From contig CM022671.1 of the NCBI GenBank assembly GCA_012295275.1, positions 32,674,001 to 32,738,000 on the forward strand: a stretch of 64,000 bases of DNA. Reading direction: 5' to 3'. The notes beneath the pieces are model-generated. The model was not told where the DNA came from. It was given only the letters and a program-made list of their open reading frames with translations, and made no database searches. Origin of the DNA: Chrysomallon squamiferum (taxonomy: Eukaryota; Animalia; Mollusca). The translations under genes were made by a program, and so were the position numbers. Every line of letters begins with the position of its first letter. The stretch's first letter is position 1. Positions 56,407-64,000 of this stretch are shown here, in pieces.

Positions 56407-57624
56407 AACAACATTTTTAAACTGCTATGTTAAATCAAAGTCACAAAACAACTCATATTTATTTAATGGCTAAAACGTATTACCAGTTATATTATAGGAA
56501 TGTGTACGTCTTACCTTACCTCATGCGGATTGGTTACTCTGATAATGTTGCTAAGACCCAGATTATAAAATATTTTCAAAGCAAATTTGTAATCGCCATG
56601 TCCTTCGTATTTGACTAAGGAATAGTTAACGGTGGCTTCCAGTTCTATCAGATGGAAATGTTTTTTCATTTCTTGGTACCAGGTTGTATCTAAAGTAAAG
56701 ATGTTAATTAAAAAAAAAAAAAAAAAAAAAACTTGGTGCGGAGCAGATAAAACACTGGTTGTAGTGTTTTGTGTTCTATTTTTAAATCGTTGTGGAGATT
56801 GGAGAAGATAAAAATCATTTGGAAAATTAACAAAAGTATTTACACATTTAACTTTCAGTGAATTTTAGAGGATGTGGTTATATCCACGAGCCTTTTCCAG
56901 TCAAGCAATATAAAATAAAATAGGTCGACTTAATAAATGTCATTTAAAACCACACTTAAAACCGAGTTTCAGGCCGTAAAATTTATAAAATTTGTAACTG
57001 ATAACAAAATTGATAAACTGTCTCCATATGCACAAACTTTTACTGTATAGGTAGGTACCTGTACCAACTTAAGAAACACACTTGACTACATAGCTAAGTA
57101 TGCAGACCAATGTGTTTGATAGTTGACTTATATATATATCTAAATAAATATACATATAAAGACCAATGAAATATTGACTATATAGCTAAATATATCGACG
57201 AACGAACTATTCTGATTACATGGCTAAATATATCGACTAGTGAGAGGCTTTGACTAAACAGCTAAATACATCAATCAAAGAAATACTTTGATTACATAGG
57301 AAAATACATTAGCCTTTGAAATCTTGGACTTTATATATCTGTCTGTGTAGATTATTTGATTAGGTAGCTAAATACATCACCATATGAAATATGAGACCTA
57401 ATTTTTGAAATTACGCAAAAGAATGCCAATCAGAATATATGATACATGTAATCATGTTAACACACTAGATATTCATTAACCTTTTTGTTTTATTTTGAAG
57501 TGTAACATGGAGGTTTATTATAAGGATAGAAACAATATCTAACATTATCATTTACTTAGTCTCACACCTGATCTGTGAAGAAGGTTGAAATAGGGACGAT
57601 TCAGCCCTAGTGTTTTCATTATCA

Positions 57625-57672
<48 letters not shown>

Positions 57673-58212
57673 CACACACACACACACACACACACAAACA
57701 GACATACACATTTTTTTAAAAGAACTGAACAACAAAAAAAGAAACACCTGAAAATAAATAATAAAATTAAATAAATAAATAAACACCATTTCAATATGTG
57801 CAGTTTCAGAGGGATACATAAATTTGATACTGATATATTATAAAATATTTCCACTTGCACCATTGTTTTGTCAAATACGTATCACTGACTCCACAGAAAT
57901 ACAGAAAGAGAAAATTAAAAAGTATGGGAACACCGTCCCTCATTTTCATCATTGGTCGTAATGACAAAAATGTTGATCCTGGTTCTTTGTAGACTGGTAC
58001 CCAATTACTTTTTGATATTTTATATGTATCTATGTATGTATGTATGCATGCATATATGGATGAAGTGGGAGCGTGTGTGTGTGCGTGTGTGTTTTGTAGG
58101 TGTAGTTACTTTTAGAATTCACTAAATGATGAACACCTGACTTACTTTCACTCTCCGTGAAAATGATTTCAACACAAAGAATCACAAACACAATAGCCAG
58201 AGAAAACTTCAT
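55931..58212 (-). CDS. Cluster gene 11: divergent paralog, about 123 aa, exons 58212-58146, 56689-56515, 56060-55931 (intact)
   Basis: MKFSLAIVFVILCVEIIFTESE|NTTWYQEMKKHFHLIELEATVNYSLVKYEGHGDYKFALKIFYNLGLSNIIRVTNPHEVR|GRSGTTDFVLVETESNPDVNAIMNVTEQKDGKTRISQFYFKP*. 67+175+130=372 nt, GTAAG donors, phases 1 and 2. Exon 3 is 130 nt as in genes 2-7. Confidence 0.8.
57080..57390. repeat. Degenerate minisatellite (about 39 bp unit) in intron 1 of gene 11
   Basis: TTGA(C/T)TACATAGCTAAATA(T/C)ATC variants repeated about 7 times. Confidence 0.65.
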
Positions 58213-58285
58213 CGTTTTAATATAACATGCGGTTTCACTTTTTCGTAATATATTACCATACATATATATATATATATTTTTTTTT

Positions 58286-58320
<35 letters not shown>

Positions 58321-58843
58321 AAATATAATAACGGAAAAATAGATATTTCAGTATAACTTTGTCATCTCATAAACAGATGTTATAGACGTAAAATGTTATA
58401 GAAATTAACAGTGTCGCGCGAGAAACTATAATGTGACACACTCACACTGTAAACAACATAAGACGAGGCCTAAATCATTTTATGAATGAAAACATTTTTA
58501 GTTTATACAATTGTATTAGTGAATATTATTATTATTATTAAGCAAAATATATTCTTATTTGGAATAGAAATAATCAGAAATCAACCAAAATGAGGGTATG
58601 TAAAAAAAAATGGCAGAAATACAACGATAAACACATTATTATTCGTTCAGTAACCAACTATTACTACTACTACTATTGCTACCATCATTACAGTACTGTA
58701 ACTATTTTACCCGCTCCTCTATCTAGGGGAGACAATCGGAATTACAACTGACGGGAAAGCTCTCCTGTTTAACAACATAGTGCAGCATGTATGCTAAGAC
58801 CGACTTTGAGTAAGAATTTATTACGTGAATATTCAGTTTTGTT

Positions 58844-59202
58844 ATGAATCAGTCCGTGCAGCTGTACAGACATTTGTTGAGGATAATACGACAGTTACCA
58901 GAGAACGCGCAGTCCTATTACAAAAACTATGTTCGTCAGGTAAAGAAGGCCATCACTTCAGGAGAAAATCCGTAAATGTTGGTGCGGGTTCCCATCTAGT
59001 CATGTCGGTGTTACATCAGACCTGTCATGAAAATTATCTAACTTATGGAACTCGGGAAAATGCTTTAATACAATAGTAATCATTTTTGACAGAATAACAA
59101 TTGAATGTAAACTGTGAGGTGTCACATACGATTTCATGAAGCGACTGATAGACATTAACTGTAATTTCATTGATAATACTATTAATAGGATTTGGCACTA
59201 GT

Positions 59203-59242
<40 letters not shown>

Positions 59243-61360
59243 ATGTAAACTGATTGATTTTGAAATTTAGGTCTGTGCCTTGACATTGTGGGTTTTATAA
59301 AATATTTTGCTATTACAGTAACTTTAATAATATAATATAAAAAAGAATGTCTAATCAGCCAATTCTTTTATGGTACACTTATATAATTGTATTATTATTA
59401 CTTTGAGAATTAAGACCCACTTTTTACAAAGTGTAAAGTTGAGTAACATCTTTGTTCTGGTATGAAGAAATATAATGTTAAAGCATATTTAGCATTATTA
59501 AGTAATAACATTTTTACAGTTTAAAAAAATGTGATATTTATATAGTGAAAATCTAGGAGTTGCCATCAAAATGTGTCAGTGACATTTTTCATATTATATC
59601 AAATATCAAACTTAGATTAGATTAGATATACAATGCCATAAAATATTTGTGTTGTATGTTGATAATGCTCTGTCCATAACAGTGTCATCCATTGTCATAC
59701 CTGACATACACAAAAACATTGGACCATATTTTCTTACAGTGTTTTAATAGATGAAAACAGTTTATTTGAAAAGGAGATGCATATATCATGTGTGTGTGTG
59801 TGTGTGTGCATATGAATATTCAGTATGTATATGTATAGACAATGTCCAAATTTAAAATTTTAATATAATCACCTAAATTATCATTTGTTTTCTATTTCAT
59901 TTTTAAATTCATTACATACTCAGCTACAGTTTGCAAATTAGGAAATAATGGGTGTAAATGTGTCTCAAGTAATTGACTGTAGATTTATTTTTAGAATACC
60001 TTTTTCAGCAGTGACTGGATAGTAAAAGCTTGTAAAGAGTAATTTAATAAGATATATCATTAACTGTTACAGGTTTTCAAGCACTTGGTTTCTGTATAAT
60101 AATATCACTGTTTCAAGGGCAGGTTTCATTATTTTTAATCTTTATTTCCACAGGAAAGTATACAACTTATCAGAAGGTGCATGTAAAAGGTTACTTGATG
60201 CTAACTGATAAAAATCATCCATAAAGTGGCAGTTTCCTTTCTGATCTCATCATTATATTACGGGTTTCTCCATATTGTAATAATAATATTGTTATTTTAC
60301 AATAAACAGATGATTAATGTTAAATTTATGGCAAAAATACCAAAAACTGGCTAAGCTGTCATTAAAGTTTCTTTCATTTTCCTGTTGTTTCTGTTGACAG
60401 GGATTTAGAAGTCATGCATTGGAGAATGATGAAGAAAGAATTACACAGATTATCAAGCGTGCAAAAGAAGATGCTGAATGGATCTTGAAAAAGGTAATTA
60501 CAGGAGCCATAGTTTTCTGTATGGAAATTGTTGCTGGAATTTGTTTTAAAAATAAAATATAAGATATAAAAGAAATATATATAAATAAAGAATAAAAAAT
60601 AATGGTAAATAAAAAAATAAAAATAAAAATTATTAATGATAATAATTTCTTTTATTTCATGACACACAGAGTGTACTAAATAATTCTCTCACTGGATGCA
60701 GAAAGTTGCAAAAAGCAAAATGCCAAGGATTTTTATCTATATGTCTCTTTATTATTCTCAAAAAATATTCTGCCAATTTATTCTCCGTTGTTACTGAAGT
60801 AAAAGAATGAATTTTTAAAAAGTTTACTTACACAGATTGCCTAACAAAAATAGATTATTTCCTGAAATAAAATACAATGACTCCCACAAAGTACTTCTCC
60901 CAGAATGAAAGGGCAAATAAAAAATTACAAAATATATAAAATATTTTTTTTTTTTTTAAATATTCTAAAATAAGGAAGATATTAAAAAAAAAAAAAAAAA
61001 AAGAAAAAATACAGTAAATAAAGAAAAAATAATGATAAAAAACAGAGAACCTTGCATGTCACATTTTAAAATGTGTGTGGGAACAAATACATATATACTA
61101 TATCTGACTATTTACTTTATTTTTTTAAACTAATATAACTTATAAGCTAATAATACAATGTTACAACAAAATTATTTGACTGGAAGTTTCTTTAAACTGC
61201 ATTGTTTTTTTTGACATGAATGAGAAAGAGACAATCAGAGATCATCTGTAAATTAAAATAAATTGAAATACATTCATTCATTCATTATGTGATTACTCTG
61301 TTAACTTACTTTTTTCAAATTCTTATTACTATTTTTTGGTCTTTTTAGTACAAGAAATGA
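58844..61360 (+). CDS. LYRM9: LYR motif-containing protein 9, 66 aa, exons 58844-58939, 60401-60493, 61349-61360
   Basis: [32 protein letters not shown]|[31 protein letters not shown]|YKK*. The LYR motif and the ERIxQIIKRAxEDAxWI C-terminus are characteristic of LYRM9. Introns are phase-0 GT-AG. The gene is absent from the ORF track. Confidence 0.92.
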
Positions 61361-61529
61361 TCTCACAAGAAATAAACTGTATTGGTTTATGCAGTGCATC
61401 AAGACCTTGGAGAATGCAGCTATCCCATCATGCCAGGCATTTCCTGAAGCTGTTCTTTGTGTGTGGGTGAATTGTGTTAAGAGAAGAACAAAATAATTAT
61501 TCTTTTATTCTTTGTCACAGTTGACAAAA

Positions 61530-61574
<45 letters not shown>

Positions 61575-62289
61575 AAATAAAAAACATATATTTTGAATAT
61601 AACATTTGTTTGTTGTTTCCTTATCTGAATTATCTTTAACATGAACATAAATCAAGATATTCTTCAGTTTTGTAATACCATGTCCATACTGATGTTCTTC
61701 ACATGTAACAGAAACATACCATCTACATTTGTTTAATATATATTTTAAAATCACTCTAACTTGTCTGAATAAGTATTTACTTGGTATTTATATACCATTT
61801 GGTTTTGACATACGTGTGAAGGTTATATTGGAAAGGATCTATAATTTTATTAAACAATATTTTGTAGAATTTTTATAATTACAATTAAAGTGTTTGTATT
61901 CACAAAACTTTTGTTTTGAAGATGTTGCAGAAACACAAATGAAATTGAATAATGATTTGAAAAAGTTATATTTGACAGGATTTATTATTTTAGAGAATGT
62001 AATGAATAGTTATTTGTAAGGCCTGCATTTAAAATGTACAAACCAATATCTATATATAAAAATGTCTTACTGCAAATCATAAAATTGTGCATTCAACTGA
62101 TCCATTATAAACTGCACAGTAAAAATAAACACTGCTGAAATTTCTGTTTTCTACCAAAATGTCTTTCCTTCACAATTATTTGTATGTAGTTTTCTTTTTA
62201 AATAAATAAGCTTTTCAGCTGGTTACATTCATTTATAATTATATCTATATACATATTATAATTTTTTTGAGTTGATAAAAATAAATAAG

Positions 62290-63253
62290 AGCTTTACAAT
62301 TGTGCATTCAAATCCTTTGACCTATTATAAATGGTGACATGGTTCAGACAAAACAAATCAGGTAACAACTACACTTTACATCTGATACTCCTCATACTGA
62401 GGACAGACACACATTTGTAACCTTGACCTACGTTTTATTAAAGACCATCAAGGTGAAAAGATTTTCTGCGCTGCTAGAAACAGTGCTATGGAGAAAAGAG
62501 AATATCCTGACGTGTTATCCACAAACTACATACAACTTCATGTTTTATATAAGATTTTTAAAACGTTTTTTTGATTAAACTATATCAGAATTTAATTCTA
62601 ATGAAAGATATTAAAAAACAATGTTAGCTAATAAAATCAATTTTGAAAATGATTCTCTCTAAATAATAAGTATATTATTTGAAGTTTTTATTTATTTTGA
62701 AATACTTTATTTAAAACTTGAAAATTTACAGATTTAGAATTTCAGAAAATATAGTTTCTTGTTCTTTGATTATTTAGTAATATTACATATCTTTCTTTAT
62801 TAAATCATGTAAGACTTCATATTTATTGATTATCAGAAAATTAACATGATTTATTACACTTTTATTAAAACATGAAATAGTTCATTATTGACTTTGTAAC
62901 TAGAACCACTAACAAATCTTGATGTGTTGATTTTTTCCATTTTCCATTATTATTATTATTAGAACATTTATCATTATTGTTATTATTATCATCATCATCA
63001 TCAGCAGCAGCATTATTATTATATAATAGATGCACCTAGAGTGAGTATTATACCAAAGAATCATTCCAGAGTTGAGCTGGGAAAACGTTTGGTATTACGC
63101 TATACTGCTGACAGTAATCCTGACAATGTAACATTTGAATGGCTATTTGGTTCAAAACACCTGACCAGTGGTTCCATGGTTCAGATCTCCTCATTTAGTC
63201 AGTTGGACCAAGGAAAGTATACCTGTTTATCGGACAGTTATTGTTACTGGTAA
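62290..63253 (+). pseudogene. Two decayed immunoglobulin-domain exons (nephrin/Kirre/hemicentin-like IgSF fragment)
   Basis: About 62293-62548 reads ...HSNPLTYYKW*HG...ICNLDLRFIKDHQGEKIFCAARNSAM...YIQLHVL with three in-frame stops and a donor mutated to ATAAG. 63030-63253 reads YAPRVSIIP...VELGKRLVLRYTADSNPDNVTFEW...VQISSFSQLDQGKYTC, with the B-strand Cys replaced by Tyr. Confidence 0.8.
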
Positions 63254-63284
63254 AATCATAGATATACAATATTTTTGTATTTGT

Positions 63285-63630
63285 TTAGACATTTGAAATA
63301 CTGTTATATTTATTTAGATGTTTGAAATACTTTTACATTTATTTAGATATATAAAATACTGTTATATTTATTTAGATGTATGAAATACTGTTAGTGGTAA
63401 ATAATACAGAGATAATAGTGTTATATTTATTTAGATGTTTGAAATACTGTTATATTTATTTAGAAATACTGTTAATGGTAAATAATACATATATAATATA
63501 TTTATTTAGATGTATGAAATACTGTTACTGGTAAATTATACATTATATGACATTTTTTATACAGTATTATATTTATTTAGATGTATAAAATACTATTATA
63601 ATTAGATGAATGAAATAATGTTATATTTAT
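63285..63630. repeat. AT-rich minisatellite (about 29 bp unit)
   Basis: GAAATACTGTTATATTTATTTAGATGT(T/A)T repeated with variants. It begins right after the truncated Ig exon. Confidence 0.8.
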
Positions 63631-64000
63631 TTATAAGTACGAAACAAATGCACAAATATTTAATATAAAAATATGCACAATGCTAATCTGAATAATTGAT
63701 GTATATTGCTTTCTACTTTTTTTGGAAAGAAATATGAAATTTATATGAAAATGAATATTTTTGTAAAACAATTATTTTGGTGTGTTATGTTATTATAATT
63801 TATTCTTCAACATTACAGTTCCATTGTCATTTTACACATTCCAACAAACAAGCAAAAAATATAAACACACCCCAAAACTACAACAAACAAACAAAAAACA
63901 ACATTATACAATAAAATTCAAAAATCGTTATAGGAATATGATATATTTCATAATTATTTTAAAAAAATCAAAGCTAAGTAATTCATATATTATAAAATGT

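Noticed and set aside
58825-59076. 83-aa ORF from the track
   Set aside because: It overlaps LYRM9 exon 1 in a different frame and has no recognisable features.

Overview
AT-rich, microsatellite-laden eukaryotic DNA with spliceosomal introns. It is probably a gastropod mollusc (inference from the style of the repeats). Two conserved genes flank the main feature: a two-exon LHFPL-family tetraspan gene (4046-9911, +) and a three-exon LYRM9 gene (58844-61360, +). Between them (about 18.1-58.2 kb) is a cluster of 11 related loci that the ORF track shows only in fragments. The ten reconstructable loci are three-exon genes with the same intron phases (1 then 2), encoding small (about 110-155 aa) signal-peptide proteins with a cysteine-free mature domain. 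Six are recent tandem duplicates in 3-5.5 kb units with a hypervariable exon 2, four are old divergent paralogs on both strands, and one is a relic. By my pattern recall (not a search), the mature domain (Y-x-K-x-G-S-[FY]-x-D-A-x-x-D-F-x-x-F-x-P...G-x-L-P-x-G-x-x-I-x-[VL]-R...A-M-L-x-I-E...K-R-Y) resembles the small C-terminal toxin domains of bacterial CdiA/Rhs polymorphic toxins. This would make the cluster a candidate domesticated, intronised, secreted antibacterial effector family. The window also holds MULE, LINE (RNase H) and Tigger relics, a decayed Ig-domain gene fragment and several minisatellites.
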